Shown piece after piece: positions 1 to 10,826 of a stretch of 64,000 nucleotides of DNA. The notes below the pieces were generated by a model. It saw nothing but the letters and a program-made list of their open reading frames with translations. It ran no database searches and was not told the DNA's origin. The stretch is from Candidatus Bathyarchaeota archaeon (GTDB taxonomy: Archaea; Thermoproteota; CALKCG01; B24; DRYS01). Position 1 is the stretch's first letter. Each line of letters starts with the position of its first letter. The DNA is taken from assembly GCA_018396535.1 (NCBI GenBank), contig JAGTQC010000001.1:224827-288826 (forward strand). Direction: 5' to 3'. The position numbers and the translations under genes were made by a program.

Positions 1-1
1 C

Positions 2-292
2 TTCGACTTCTACGTATATGAATGGGCAGGTATGGCACTACCGGTATTAACGGAGAAAATATGTAGCCTAATTACAGAGCCTTTAGATCCTGGAGGATAC
101 TTAGTACAGATATTCGTATCGAATGTAGAAGTGGCATCAGTAGAGGTGGCAATACTAGATAATGAAAGAAGCCACCAATCAAACCAGATAGATTCTTTAC
201 AAGCGATGTTGAATTCAGCTTTCATAGGAGTAATCCTACTGCTACTATCAGTAATTGTGGTAGCAGAGATATATCGATGTATAAAACCATAG
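2..292 (+). CDS. 3' part of a hypothetical membrane-anchored protein (starts before the window)
   Basis: Frame is open from base 2 (FDFYVYEWAGMALP...) and ends in a hydrophobic TM segment (AFIGVILLLLSVIVVA) followed by basic residues. Confidence 0.6.
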   Translation, partial: FDFYVYEWAGMALPVLTEKICSLITEPLDPGGYLVQIFVSNVEVASVEVAILDNERSHQSNQIDSLQAMLNSAFIGVILLLLSVIVVAEIYRCIKP

Positions 293-654
293 AATACAAA
301 ACTTTCCAAGGAATAACCGTTCATTTTAAAGTTATCCCTACAAGATTAAGACTAAGCTTATCTCTCTATCCATCTTCACCCTCTTAAGTTCCATATAATC
401 ATACAGCGATATTCAAAAACTTATTGTATAAAACTATACAACATTCGTATAACGAATTGATAGCCCATATTCACTACTATATACGCGGATCTACATTAAC
501 TGGGGGGTTATATAGATAGCTAGGGTAGATGCCAGACCATGTGTATCCATTTAGGGATATCGATAAATCTCGAATCGAGACGCCTATAAGTTTTACTCAA
601 TTCTTGAAGGCTTAATTAACTCTATATGTGTGTTTAAGATAAATACTTATAGAC

Positions 655-1554
655 ATGAGTCTAGCAGAAGGCATGGTTGAAGGGTTTAAAGTAGTATTTG
701 CATCATTCGACGATATAATCCTAGGTATAGCTACAGAGATAGGCCCTAGGATACTTTACCTAGGTCTTAGGGGTAAGCCTGGTTTTAACCTATTCGGAGT
801 GCTACCAGGTATCGGTAGGGAGACTCCTGAAGGTTTTTGGAAGATCTACGGAGGACATAGACTATGGGTATCTCCTGAAGCTCTACCCAGATCTTACTCG
901 CTCGATGATAAACCTGTGAAGGTGGAATCTACAGATGGTGAAATTGGAATATATGGTAATCCTGAACCTGAGAATTCTGTTAGAAAAAGCATACGTTTAA
1001 GAAAGGCTAATGGAAAAGTAGAGGTTACCCATATCATAGAGAATATAGGTAGATGGCCTATAAAACTGAGCTGCTGGGCTCTATCCGTTATGAGGAAGGG
1101 GGGGTTTGCGATACTACCTATAGAGCCGTGTAGGGTTGATAAGGAAGGGCTCTTACCAGATAGGAGGATATCCCTCTGGCCTTATACACATTTAACAGAT
1201 AGTAGACTAATACTATCTGATAGATACGTGTTCGTTAAGCAGGATCCTACCATAGAGAAACCGTTTAAAATCGGTGTAAAAGCGAATCCTACATGGATAG
1301 CATACTGGGTTGAGGGTTATGTCTTCGTAAAGAGTTTTAAGTATGAAGAGGGTGAGTACCCAGATTACGGATGTAACGCTGAGGTGTATACTAATGCCGA
1401 TATGCTTGAACTTGAAACTCTAAGTCCTCTAAGGTATATAGATCCATCAGAAGTGGCTGAGCATAAGGAGGTTTGGCATATATTCGAGGTAGGTTATGTA
1501 AAGCCTGAAGCAGAAGATGTGGATAGGAAGATCGCTAGGATTCTATCCATATAG
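655..1554 (+). CDS. Conserved hypothetical protein, probable galactose-mutarotase-like beta-sandwich (DUF4380-like)
   Basis: 299 aa; YGGHRLWVSPE and YPDYGCNAEVYTNxxMLELETLSP motifs. Confidence 0.6.
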   Translation: MSLAEGMVEGFKVVFASFDDIILGIATEIGPRILYLGLRGKPGFNLFGVLPGIGRETPEGFWKIYGGHRLWVSPEALPRSYSLDDKPVKVESTDGEIGIYGNPEPENSVRKSIRLRKANGKVEVTHIIENIGRWPIKLSCWALSVMRKGGFAILPIEPCRVDKEGLLPDRRISLWPYTHLTDSRLILSDRYVFVKQDPTIEKPFKIGVKANPTWIAYWVEGYVFVKSFKYEEGEYPDYGCNAEVYTNADMLELETLSPLRYIDPSEVAEHKEVWHIFEVGYVKPEAEDVDRKIARILSI

Positions 1555-1617
1555 GTGTAGGTAAACGATACCCTTCTACCCTTATTAGTTACAACTTCGA
1601 AATATAGATGGTAGGAT

Positions 1618-2355
1618 ATGCGTATAACATTCATAGGATCTGGCGGATCTAAGGTTACTAAAAGAAGATGCTGCTCATCTATATTGATCGATGAAGATAC
1701 GTTGATCGATTGCGGCCCAGGATCTATAAGGAATCTACGATTCATAGATAAAGATCTACTATCCATAGATAGGATACTCGTATCGCATATGCATGCGGAT
1801 CATATAGCAGACTTGATACCGATCCTATGGGCTATGCAGCTTGACGGACGGAGTAGAAGTCTTACCCTCATTGGGCCTAAAGGTTTGAAATCAATCGTAG
1901 ATAGACTTCTAGAACTCCTAGGAACACCTACCAGCTTCATAGAATATCCTATATCCTATATAGAGCTTGATGGAGGAGAGAAGCTTGAAGATTTATCTAC
2001 ACGTAGAGTTGAGCATAGTATACATACGATAGCTTATAGATTAGATGTAGAGGGTAAAAGTATATGTTATAGCGGAGATACTAGACCCTGTAAAAGCTTG
2101 GTAGATCTAGCATATAGAGCAGATGTACTTATACACGAAGCATCATTCCCTATACTATACGCGGATATCGCTATCAAGACAGGGCATTCAACCAGTATGG
2201 AAGCCGGTATGATTGCAAGCAAAGCCTCGGTTGGAAAACTAATATTATTCCATATATCTGTCGAGGAATATGAGGATACTATCGTAAGCGAAGCTGAATC
2301 AGTATTTAGTGGCGATATAATCGTAGCAGAGGATTTCCTTTCAATTGAAGTCTAA
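1618..2355 (+). CDS. Metallo-beta-lactamase-fold hydrolase, RNase Z/BN-like
   Basis: LIDCG, SHMHADH, YSGDT, HEA, GHST and LFH motifs. Confidence 0.85.
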   Translation: MRITFIGSGGSKVTKRRCCSSILIDEDTLIDCGPGSIRNLRFIDKDLLSIDRILVSHMHADHIADLIPILWAMQLDGRSRSLTLIGPKGLKSIVDRLLELLGTPTSFIEYPISYIELDGGEKLEDLSTRRVEHSIHTIAYRLDVEGKSICYSGDTRPCKSLVDLAYRADVLIHEASFPILYADIAIKTGHSTSMEAGMIASKASVGKLILFHISVEEYEDTIVSEAESVFSGDIIVAEDFLSIEV

Positions 2356-2435
2356 TCTATATATCACTATATATCAGTCATTATCGGTATATTGTAAAAT
2401 TTATTTTACAATCCCTTACAATATTCATATACGTC

Positions 2436-3302
2436 ATGGATAGGTTTAAGAGCAAGACAAGTGTAGAAAGAATGGCTTTAATCGCTATATCTGCTTCCCT
2501 ATACGCAGCAGCTATAGCTGTTACATCACCTATACCTACACCCTGGGGAATAGGCCATTTCAGACCAGGTGTAATCGTACCTGCATTATTCGCTCTAATC
2601 TCAACCCCTATGGTTGCAGGTATGGGTGCAGCTATAGGTACATTCATAGGTAGCTTCATACTATCTCTATTCGGTCTAAGTAACCCTGTACTAAGCCTAG
2701 TATCAGGTGTACCAGGTAATTTCATAGCGTTCTACCTTCTAAGCTTTCTATCATATAGATATAGATCCCTAGCTGCATTCATAGCTTCAAGCCTAATATC
2801 ACTATTCATAGGTAATATTATCGCAGCTTCAGGAGTACTATTATACTATTCTACAGTAACCCCATTATGGTTATCATGGACTATAGAAGCTAAGCTATCC
2901 GTAATCATAGGTTTAACGCTATTCTGGGTTACGACCATGCTACCATTCGTAGTAACGTTAACACCGGTGATAGCTGGAGCTTTAAACCCGATCATATCTA
3001 ACCTAAATTCGAGTATGCTTAGGAGGGTAGAGTTTACAAAGATAGGTAGTGGATCTAGAACGATATACTCTTCACTAATAGTAGCTCTTATACTAATTTT
3101 GGTCTACATTACAGCAACTCTAACGCCTATAGGTGACATACTATTTGCTAAGGTTATTAAACCAGAGTATACTCCATGGGTTAAAACCTTAATACTAATC
3201 TCAGGACTAGTAACCCTAGTCTTCGGTATAGCAGTATCGGTAATGTTGAAAATTGAAAGTAAGATAAATAGTAGCAGTATACGTACATATACGGATAGCT
3301 AA
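2436..3302 (+). CDS. ECF transporter S-component-like membrane protein with extra C-terminal TM helices
   Basis: AxxxA in TM1 (IAISASLYAA), FRPGVIVPA, GAAIGTFIG; about 8 TM segments. Confidence 0.65.
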   Translation: MDRFKSKTSVERMALIAISASLYAAAIAVTSPIPTPWGIGHFRPGVIVPALFALISTPMVAGMGAAIGTFIGSFILSLFGLSNPVLSLVSGVPGNFIAFYLLSFLSYRYRSLAAFIASSLISLFIGNIIAASGVLLYYSTVTPLWLSWTIEAKLSVIIGLTLFWVTTMLPFVVTLTPVIAGALNPIISNLNSSMLRRVEFTKIGSGSRTIYSSLIVALILILVYITATLTPIGDILFAKVIKPEYTPWVKTLILISGLVTLVFGIAVSVMLKIESKINSSSIRTYTDS

Positions 3303-3326
3303 GGATAGCCTATCCATCCTCTAATA

Positions 3327-3878
3327 TCATATCCTCATACTCTTCTCTATCTCCATCTGCATTATCGAAGCTGTAAATGGGCCTAAACCTATACTCTCCT
3401 CATACTTACCTGGAGTCCAGTTATCTTCAGGTATTATATAGCCGATCTCATCGTTTCCGAGATAAGTTATGACCTTACATCTACAATCCATCACGCTTCT
3501 CACCTCCACACCAATTCTAGCGATACAAACTTCCGTTACCACCACTCCATTCACGATCGAACGTCTTACAAGACCCCTTCTCATAGCCTCGAGGGGTATA
3601 GGATTCTCTAAGGGTATGGTTAACTCTCTATAAGCTATATCGATCCTAGCATCCTCGATTATCTATCCGTACCTTAAACATTCTAAAGCATACCTAACTA
3701 GTTTAACCCTGATACGTTCAGCTTCATAAAAGCTTCTAGCTTCGACATCAGGTGTTAGCATACCTCCTAGAGGACCATTCACGAATACAGTTACACCGCC
3801 TATAGCATCTTCTATACTCGATCTAAGATAGTGCATGTAATCCGATGTTAAAAGCCTATCCTCGCTAGATAATACTTT
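3327..3878 (-). pseudogene. 5'-truncated pseudogene of a neutral/alkaline ceramidase-like hydrolase
   Basis: One frame reads KVLSSEDRLLTSDYMHYLRSSIEDAIGGVTVFVNGPLGGMLTP...[TAG at 3663-3665]...LGNDEIGYIIP; no start, and the usual PGE motif is missing. Confidence 0.6.
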
Positions 3879-4009
3879 ATATGGTAACTATGGTATACAT
3901 ATATCCATCGTAGAATCTTGATATATATAGATAGCGATCAACTAACCCTCTATCAAGGCTATTCTTCACTATTCACTATATCTAACCCCTTATGATTGAA
4001 AGTTTGAAT

Positions 4010-4375
4010 TTACCTTATGGATACTAAGCATTCTAGTATTCTTCTAACATCTAGATCATCCCTCAAATATATCCCTATCTTAGATGCTTCCACAGCTAAC
4101 GGATCTCTCCTACGAATTAGCCTAGTAAGCTCGTTGATCGTTAAAGGTATTACCTCGAAGCCTGGTGGGTAATCTATAGCTTTAAGCCTTTCTAAAGGAT
4201 TACCGGTAAACTCTGATATAAGTAGTATATCTACATCGCTCCATAGATTAAAATCGCCTCTAGCATAGGATCCTATCAGGATCACGGTAGCTCTAAACTT
4301 TAAGCTATCAGCCCAATTCTTAGCTATCCTTATAACCCCTTCCCTCAACCTCCTCCTCTCTTCAAATACCTCCAT
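4010..4375 (-). CDS. Minimal nucleotidyltransferase (MNT) antitoxin
   Basis: GSYARGD...SDVDIL Pol-beta motif; overlaps the HEPN gene. Confidence 0.9.
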   Translation of the reverse strand: MEVFEERRRLREGVIRIAKNWADSLKFRATVILIGSYARGDFNLWSDVDILLISEFTGNPLERLKAIDYPPGFEVIPLTINELTRLIRRRDPLAVEASKIGIYLRDDLDVRRILECLVSIR

Positions 4376-4776
4376 ATGTCCTCAACCCACGAGATGACAC
4401 GACTAGAATAACCGATAGCGTTAGTAGCATCTAGCTTAGTATAGTATTCATAAGGCATACCTTCAGCCCACGCATTAGGATACCTAGTAGGTACATAGTA
4501 CTTATCCAACGTCTTAGCATACTCTATAACATCATTTGGAATCGAAATACCTAGAGATCCAACATTCACTAACAGCTTCGATACACTATGACCGTAAGCT
4601 GGTGAACCGATACCATATAGTAATGCTTTAACAGCAAACTCAGCAGCTTGCTGAGCTTTAAAACAAGCCCAGTTATAATCCCCCCTATCCATATCACCGC
4701 AAGCAGATTCTAGAGTCTTCTTAGCAGTAGATATCCATCTAAGATACTCACTATCATCGAGCATATTTATATCCAC
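4345..4776 (-). CDS. HEPN domain protein (HEPN-MNT toxin-antitoxin pair)
   Basis: YNWACFKAQQAAEFAVKA, GHS, LDKYYVPTRYPN. Confidence 0.9.
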   Translation of the reverse strand: MDINMLDDSEYLRWISTAKKTLESACGDMDRGDYNWACFKAQQAAEFAVKALLYGIGSPAYGHSVSKLLVNVGSLGISIPNDVIEYAKTLDKYYVPTRYPNAWAEGMPYEYYTKLDATNAIGYSSRVISWVEDIWRYLKRGGG

Positions 4777-4903
4777 TAATTAAATACCGATTAGCTTCCT
4801 AATTAAAACATTCTACGACCGTTAAATCTTTACGCCGAATAACCTTTCAAACATAGCATCTCTGAATCGTAACTACTAGAGAAGGAGATAGTATAATTAG
4901 TTA

Positions 4904-6040
4904 GTGTGTTCTCTATTATGTTTTAAAGCTATGTATTCTACCCCGTATGAAGATATATTAGCTATATTCGAGAGGAGGGATAGCGGAGTTCCATGGAATA
5001 TAAGGCATGAATTCTGGTACTACTATAACCTTGCTAGAGGCGTTCTACCAGATAAGTATCGAGGTATGAGTTTAATCGATGTATGTATAGAGTGGGGCGC
5101 TAGCTGGAGATGCTACTCCGGATATTTTACAGATAGCTTTGTCAGAGTATCGTATACTGGGGATGTGCATATCGAGAGGATTGTGAATGACAGGATTATT
5201 ATAACATTATTCAGTACACCTAGAGGTGTATTGAAGCAGATATCTTTAAGGGATGAATATGGGTTGACATCTAGAATTATAGAATACCCGGTTAAGAGCT
5301 TAGACGATTTTAAACCTTTAGAGTATATCCTCGAGAATACGAGGGTTTTATTCGATATCGAAACCTACCACAGGATGGAGAAGAATATCAGAGGTCAAGG
5401 CATAGTCTCATATTTCTTCCCTAGATCACCCTATCAGAGACTCATACTAGAGTATATGGGTTTTGAAAGAACAGTACGATTCCTATCTAGGTATAGGAGC
5501 GATGTAGAGGGGTTCATGGAAGTTATCCGTTCATCCGATCAAATATTCTACGATGTAATAGCTAGTACTCCTATCAAGATACTTAACCTAGGTGAGAACA
5601 TAGATGTAAGGATGACTCCTCCTAGGATATTCGAGAAATACTGTCTACCATACTATCAGGAGAGGGTTGAATATCTACATCGACGAGGCAAGTATGTACA
5701 TATACACGTAGATGGGTATGCTAAACAGCTACTACCACTTCTAAGAGGGTCAGGTTTAGATGGCGTAGAAGCTTTAACGGTAAAGCCTGTAGGAGATATG
5801 ACTTTGGAAGATATCGAGAAGTATCTTGGAGATGAGATTATTATACTCGATGGTATACCATACATATACTTCATACCAGAAGCGGTAAGCCTAGATAAAT
5901 TTGAAGAGTTCGTGAAGAGAATAATATCCATGTTTAGAGGCAGGTTGATACTAGGGGTATCTGATGAACTACCACCCTCAGCAGATACATCTAGGGTGAG
6001 AAGGGTATCGGAGATCATAGATATGATGCTGAGAAGCTAG
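4904..6040 (+). CDS. Uroporphyrinogen decarboxylase / MtaA-CmuA methyltransferase superfamily protein
   Basis: PVKSLDDF, PPRIFEKYCLPYY, HIHVDG, ILGVSDELPP TIM-barrel motifs; true start may be ATG 4931. Confidence 0.75.
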   Translation: MCSLLCFKAMYSTPYEDILAIFERRDSGVPWNIRHEFWYYYNLARGVLPDKYRGMSLIDVCIEWGASWRCYSGYFTDSFVRVSYTGDVHIERIVNDRIIITLFSTPRGVLKQISLRDEYGLTSRIIEYPVKSLDDFKPLEYILENTRVLFDIETYHRMEKNIRGQGIVSYFFPRSPYQRLILEYMGFERTVRFLSRYRSDVEGFMEVIRSSDQIFYDVIASTPIKILNLGENIDVRMTPPRIFEKYCLPYYQERVEYLHRRGKYVHIHVDGYAKQLLPLLRGSGLDGVEALTVKPVGDMTLEDIEKYLGDEIIILDGIPYIYFIPEAVSLDKFEEFVKRIISMFRGRLILGVSDELPPSADTSRVRRVSEIIDMMLRS

Positions 6041-6049
6041 AATTCAACA

Positions 6050-7222
6050 TCATATATAGTTGAGTCCATAACTGATTGAAGGTAGAGGCATTACCCTTTT
6101 AAAGACTTCTGGAATAGCCTCCATATTTATCCTAATATCATCACGTGTGTTATGTACAACGCTAGGCCTACCTAATATGAGAGCGGTGAGGACCCTAGGA
6201 TCTTCGATCCTCATAGATTTACCTGAAGCGTATAGCTCGATATATTTATCGTACGATGAAATTTTAAACCCCTCTACACCTATCCTCTCCTCTATATATG
6301 GTCTAATTTTATCGATGAATTTTATCGGATCGAGTATAGCAAAGCTTGCAGGAGCATAAGATGATATAGGTTTTAATCCATAAGATTCTAGAAGGGTTAC
6401 AAGATCCCAGTCGCCATAAGGAACTGGTAGTCTTATACAATTAGCTTCAAACATCCTTAAAGCATCATATAGCATACCGAGGATAGCGCTTCTAGATCCA
6501 GCATACTCTATCACAGCTAATAAATCGCTATGCCATCCAGGCCATCTATGTAGTAGAACTATATATGCAACAGGCCTACCCATCCTGTAAGATAAAAGTA
6601 TTGATACGTACCCTCTAGCTTCGATACCAGCCGTATATATCCTATCTACGAGAAGCTTAAACTCTTCATAGCTCCTCCTAAACCTCACAGGCTCTCTCTG
6701 ATATACATCGATAAGATCTAAAATCCTATCTTCAGTATACTTTTCAATTTTCATCCTATCCATATGCTCAGCTAAAAGCCTAGCTGCTTCGACCGATATA
6801 TGGTAATCGTAGATTATACCTGATTCCACACATCCAGCTCTACTATATAATGTCCTAGCACCAGAAATCATAGCTAGATCAATACCATCTCTACGAAGCT
6901 TAGATAGAGCATCATCAACTAGTATAGAAGCATAGCCCCTCATCCTATAATCCGGATGTGTACATACACATCCTATAAGACCGACTTTAAACTGTATTCC
7001 GTAGAAGTATAACAGCCCCTCCCATATCCCTAGGTGAGAAACTACTCTACCATCACGTACTATAACCCTTAGGTTTTCTAAATTATTCTCAGAGAATACT
7101 TGAGGGAAGACCTTATCGATAGATATACCGTATCTATCAAAGCCGAAAATCCAGCTTACAAGCTTAATTACTTCAGGAAGCTCCTGGATCCTAGCAGCTC
7201 TAGGCCCTTCGAACATAACCAT
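6050..7222 (-). CDS. Eis-like tandem GNAT acetyltransferase
   Basis: VCTHPDYRMRGYA motif A, LYSRAG; 390 aa. Confidence 0.8.
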   Translation of the reverse strand: MVMFEGPRAARIQELPEVIKLVSWIFGFDRYGISIDKVFPQVFSENNLENLRVIVRDGRVVSHLGIWEGLLYFYGIQFKVGLIGCVCTHPDYRMRGYASILVDDALSKLRRDGIDLAMISGARTLYSRAGCVESGIIYDYHISVEAARLLAEHMDRMKIEKYTEDRILDLIDVYQREPVRFRRSYEEFKLLVDRIYTAGIEARGYVSILLSYRMGRPVAYIVLLHRWPGWHSDLLAVIEYAGSRSAILGMLYDALRMFEANCIRLPVPYGDWDLVTLLESYGLKPISSYAPASFAILDPIKFIDKIRPYIEERIGVEGFKISSYDKYIELYASGKSMRIEDPRVLTALILGRPSVVHNTRDDIRINMEAIPEVFKRVMPLPSISYGLNYI

Positions 7223-7327
7223 ATCCTGAGTACAGATAATCTATGAGATATTAACATTCAGACTGTAGTATTCATAGAATTAGTGAAGAGATAAAAGTCT
7301 CGAGCATATCTAAACTCTACTTGCTAG

Positions 7328-7750
7328 ATGAGGTGCTTACGTTGCGGTCTATGCTGTAAGGATACAAAGATGGAGCTTTCGAATAACGATATCAGAAGGA
7401 TAGTTAAGCTAGGATACAATCCGAGGGGATTCTTAGTGATACGTGATGGCATACCATACCTTAGGAATATAAATGGCTACTGCTACTTCCATGATAAAGA
7501 TAGTAGGAGATGTAGGATATACAGGTATAGACCGTTAGGATGTAGAGTATATCCGGTTATCTATATACAAGATGTAGATTTCACTATAGATAAACTATGT
7601 CCTATGCACTATACAGTATCTATAGATGAGCTCATAAGAAAATCATTGATCCTAATGAATCTTATTAAAAGAATAGAGAAAGAACGTATAATACGTCTAA
7701 GATACGTTTATTATAATTTCTATAATAAGCATTCTATATTAGAAAATTAA
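7328..7750 (+). CDS. YkgJ/UPF0153 cysteine-cluster (Zn/Fe-S) protein
   Basis: CxxCGxCC, CYF, CRIYRYRPLGCRVYP, CP. Confidence 0.85.
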   Translation: MRCLRCGLCCKDTKMELSNNDIRRIVKLGYNPRGFLVIRDGIPYLRNINGYCYFHDKDSRRCRIYRYRPLGCRVYPVIYIQDVDFTIDKLCPMHYTVSIDELIRKSLILMNLIKRIEKERIIRLRYVYYNFYNKHSILEN

Positions 7751-7985
7751 TATATTAAGCATAATTATACCTTATTTGAATAGTTGAAGTATTTCTAATT
7801 AGAAATCTTAGATTCAGCATTTCTATATAGCGACTCTAACGCACATATAAAAGCATCTTATTGTAGGATTATCTTCTTATATTCACTACTAAACTTACTG
7901 TAAACAATAGCTTATCTAATCTAAGTTCTATATAAGAAAAAATAAATCTTCGAGAACCAGAATACCATATAGATTTATCCTTAGC

Positions 7986-8735
7986 CTACTTGAATATGGA
8001 GGCTAGGAGCATCATTACTATAAAGCCAGCCACCAACCCGAATGCCGCTTCTCTACCAAACCCCTTCCTATGACTTTCAGGCATCATCTCATCTGCAACC
8101 ACGAATAACATCGCTCCAGCTACGAATGCTAAACACCATGGTAAAAGATATTGCGAGATTGAAACTGATACTAACCCAAGCAATCCTCCTAGCGGTTCAA
8201 CAAGCCCTGTTAGAGATGCGTATCCTGTAGCTTTAGAAGCCCTATACTTCTCTCTTAGTAGTGGTAATGCAACAGCTAAGCCTTCAGGCATATTCTGCAA
8301 CCATATAGCTGTAGCGATTACTAACCTGGATGCTATATCACCGGAGCCGAAGCTCACCCCAACTGCCAACCCCTCAGGGAGGTTATGGATCGTTATAGCT
8401 ATCATCAACAACCAGATGCGCGGCAGCTTTGATAAAGGACCCTCAGCTCCTGCAACAGGATGGAAATGTGGAGTGAACCGATCTATTAAGTGGATTATAA
8501 ACGCCCCGATACCGAGGCTTATGGCTGATACTATTGGCCCGCCTAATTCGATTGCTGGTACAAGGAGGCTGAAAGCTGTCGCAGCTAGCATGATACCGGC
8601 AGCGAATCCTAGAAGGATATCGAGCAGATTATCTGAAATATTCTTTAAAAACATTACTGGTAGAGCCCCAGCACCAGTAGCTGAACCAGCTATAAGACTT
8701 GCAGTAAACCTGATAGCGAACAGATTCATTGACAT
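7986..8735 (-). CDS. ZIP family (ZupT/GufA) metal transporter
   Basis: GFAAGIML, HNLPEGLAVG, QNMPEG, EMMPESH. Confidence 0.9.
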   Translation of the reverse strand: MSMNLFAIRFTASLIAGSATGAGALPVMFLKNISDNLLDILLGFAAGIMLAATAFSLLVPAIELGGPIVSAISLGIGAFIIHLIDRFTPHFHPVAGAEGPLSKLPRIWLLMIAITIHNLPEGLAVGVSFGSGDIASRLVIATAIWLQNMPEGLAVALPLLREKYRASKATGYASLTGLVEPLGGLLGLVSVSISQYLLPWCLAFVAGAMLFVVADEMMPESHRKGFGREAAFGLVAGFIVMMLLASIFK

Positions 8736-8904
8736 CCATTTCTCTATGAAAGGATGTTATCCCAAGTTAGGTAATAGAGGGGGTCATAAGTTTTACCCTT
8801 AGGCTGTGATTATTTGGTTTACGTTCAAGTTTAAGACTGCTTCAACAATATCGCTTGAATATTCCCCGATTCTATGGATACTTTCTAGAAATAATTATTA
8901 TATT

Positions 8905-8958
8905 AATGGGAAGCACCCTATCTACCCCTCTTTCAGTCATAATTTTTACTGCCTCAGT
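8905..8958 (-). pseudogene. CBS-domain gene relic
   Basis: Short frame TEAVKIMTERGVDRVLPI bounded by stop codons. Confidence 0.35.
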
Positions 8959-9466
8959 CTATATCAAAACCATCTTCCCAGCTAAGAAGACTATAGCAAA
9001 AGCTGGAAAGATGGCTCTACAAACATATCCATCACTCAGCCAGCTACGCTAGGTCTAATCTAAGATCGCTACGATACAGGTAAACAATCATCTCCAGAAG
9101 GTTTCACCCGCTCGTGTAGAGCCTTAGTAAATACCCTGTCATAACATTAAGCATATTGGTTACAACAGAATAGGAGGTATAAATAGATAGCTTCGAGTTT
9201 ACGATATAAAGGTTTTATGTTATGATTTTATCCACGATCTTAGCGGGGATCATTATACATAACGTAAGTTAGTGCTACGCTTAGCAACCTAGCGTTATTA
9301 CACTATCCCATCTGTAGGTAACGGATAGATACCTTAATCGCATTACGTTGAAAGGGCCCTCATAGACATCTGCTTTTATTCCATCATTTAAAGCGTACGA
9401 AGATCTTTCTATCCCTGCCTCAGCTTTAGATATAAGATAATCAATTGTCATCAATCAGCCTTTTAT

Positions 9467-9570
9467 CTATTCAGTTGAATATAGTAGCTTATCGAGTAAC
9501 CCTTCTAAATCTTCCTCTTCAATCGGTATAATCGAAGCTACTAGGCTTCCCTAGTTTAACTATAGTAGCT
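9467..9570 (-). pseudogene. Phd/YefM-type antitoxin relic (frameshifted)
   Basis: IVKLGKP [+1 shift] VASIIPIEEEDLEGLL resembles the GKPVAxIxP signature. Confidence 0.35.
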
Positions 9571-9658
9571 AACTAACATGGATGAATCCTAGATAAATCT
9601 TTAAGCCATCAGGTGAAAGTAATATACTATATGAAGAGCTACATTTCCGTGAAGATAT

Positions 9659-9988
9659 ATGGTGATTTCTATGAATAGGAGAGTAGTTAAGAAGTTATTG
9701 ATGATGTACATTGTATTTGTCTTAATGGTCGTTACGGGGATCATAAGCCTCGTATCTGGTATTATACTATGGCTTAGCGAAGAAGGTAGGTTTCGTGAAG
9801 GACTTCAACATGGTAGATACGTTAACAATGCTACGGAAGGATCTAGAAATGTCGTACTTAGACTAGGTAGAGGTTTATGGCGAGATATCCATATGTATTC
9901 TTCGCTTGCTTGCGTAGGAATAGTAGTAGTACATATATTATTCAACTGGAGATGGATAACTTCCGCGACTAAAGCCGTACTTAGATAA
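9659..9988 (+). CDS. DUF4405-family small membrane protein
   Basis: TM segment with SGIILW; WRDIH...VHILFNWRWI. Confidence 0.75.
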   Translation: MVISMNRRVVKKLLMMYIVFVLMVVTGIISLVSGIILWLSEEGRFREGLQHGRYVNNATEGSRNVVLRLGRGLWRDIHMYSSLACVGIVVVHILFNWRWITSATKAVLR

Positions 9989-10129
9989 CAGTACAGTAAT
10001 CGATTACAGCAGATACAACATAATCTATAAATTGCTGATGGAAGGTTGACCTATGAAGTGATCGAGATAGTTTCAAGATAAACGGTAAAGATAATCGTTA
10101 TATATTATTCGGAACCTTAACCTAATGGT

Positions 10130-10786
10130 ATGAGTATGTTTCAGGATATTCGTAAATGGTATCGTGAAGTTACAGCTTATAGAGTTGTAGATTCTTTAAG
10201 AAAGAGAGGGTTTGAAGCATTCTATGTAGAATCTAAGATTGAAGCTAAGGATCTAGCACTTAGACTCATACCTTCTAATACGGTTACTATAGGGGTGGGT
10301 GGATCTGTGACGATAAGAGAGATTGGATTATTAGAGGCTCTATCTGATAAAGGATATAGAGTTACCCATCACTGGATAGAGGGATTGAGCGGGGATGAGA
10401 GTAGGAGAGTTAGACTTGAAGAAATTAACGCTGATGTATTTCTTACAAGCGTTAATGCTTTAACATTAGATGGTAGATTTATATTAGTAGATGGTGTAGG
10501 TAATCGTGTAGCAGCATCAGCCTTTGGACCTAAAACGGTTATAGCTATAGTAGGCTTCAATAAGCTGGTTCCAGATCTAGATTACGGTTTATGGAGGGTT
10601 AAGAATGTTGCCATGCCTATGAATGCTAGAAGATTAAAGCTGGATACACCATGTGCTAAACTAGGATACTGTACAGAATGCCAAGGCACTAGTAGAGGTT
10701 GTAGAGCTACCCTAATATTGGATATGAAGCCGTCGATGACAGAACACTATTACCTGATACTAGTAGGTGAAGATCTAGGATTCTAA
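10130..10786 (+). CDS. LUD-domain (lactate utilization LutC/YkgG-like) protein
   Basis: GVGGSVT, ADVFLTSVNA, DGVGNRVAA, GFNKLV, PCAKLGYCTEC. Confidence 0.85.
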   Translation: MSMFQDIRKWYREVTAYRVVDSLRKRGFEAFYVESKIEAKDLALRLIPSNTVTIGVGGSVTIREIGLLEALSDKGYRVTHHWIEGLSGDESRRVRLEEINADVFLTSVNALTLDGRFILVDGVGNRVAASAFGPKTVIAIVGFNKLVPDLDYGLWRVKNVAMPMNARRLKLDTPCAKLGYCTECQGTSRGCRATLILDMKPSMTEHYYLILVGEDLGF

Positions 10787-10826
10787 ACTTAGTATAATCT
10801 TATTCTAAGGCCATAATCTATATATC

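Noticed and set aside
3663-3665. In-frame TAG as possible pyrrolysine or amber readthrough
   Set aside because: The gene is also 5'-truncated and missing a conserved motif, and TAG ends many intact genes here (gap, prf1, sui1)
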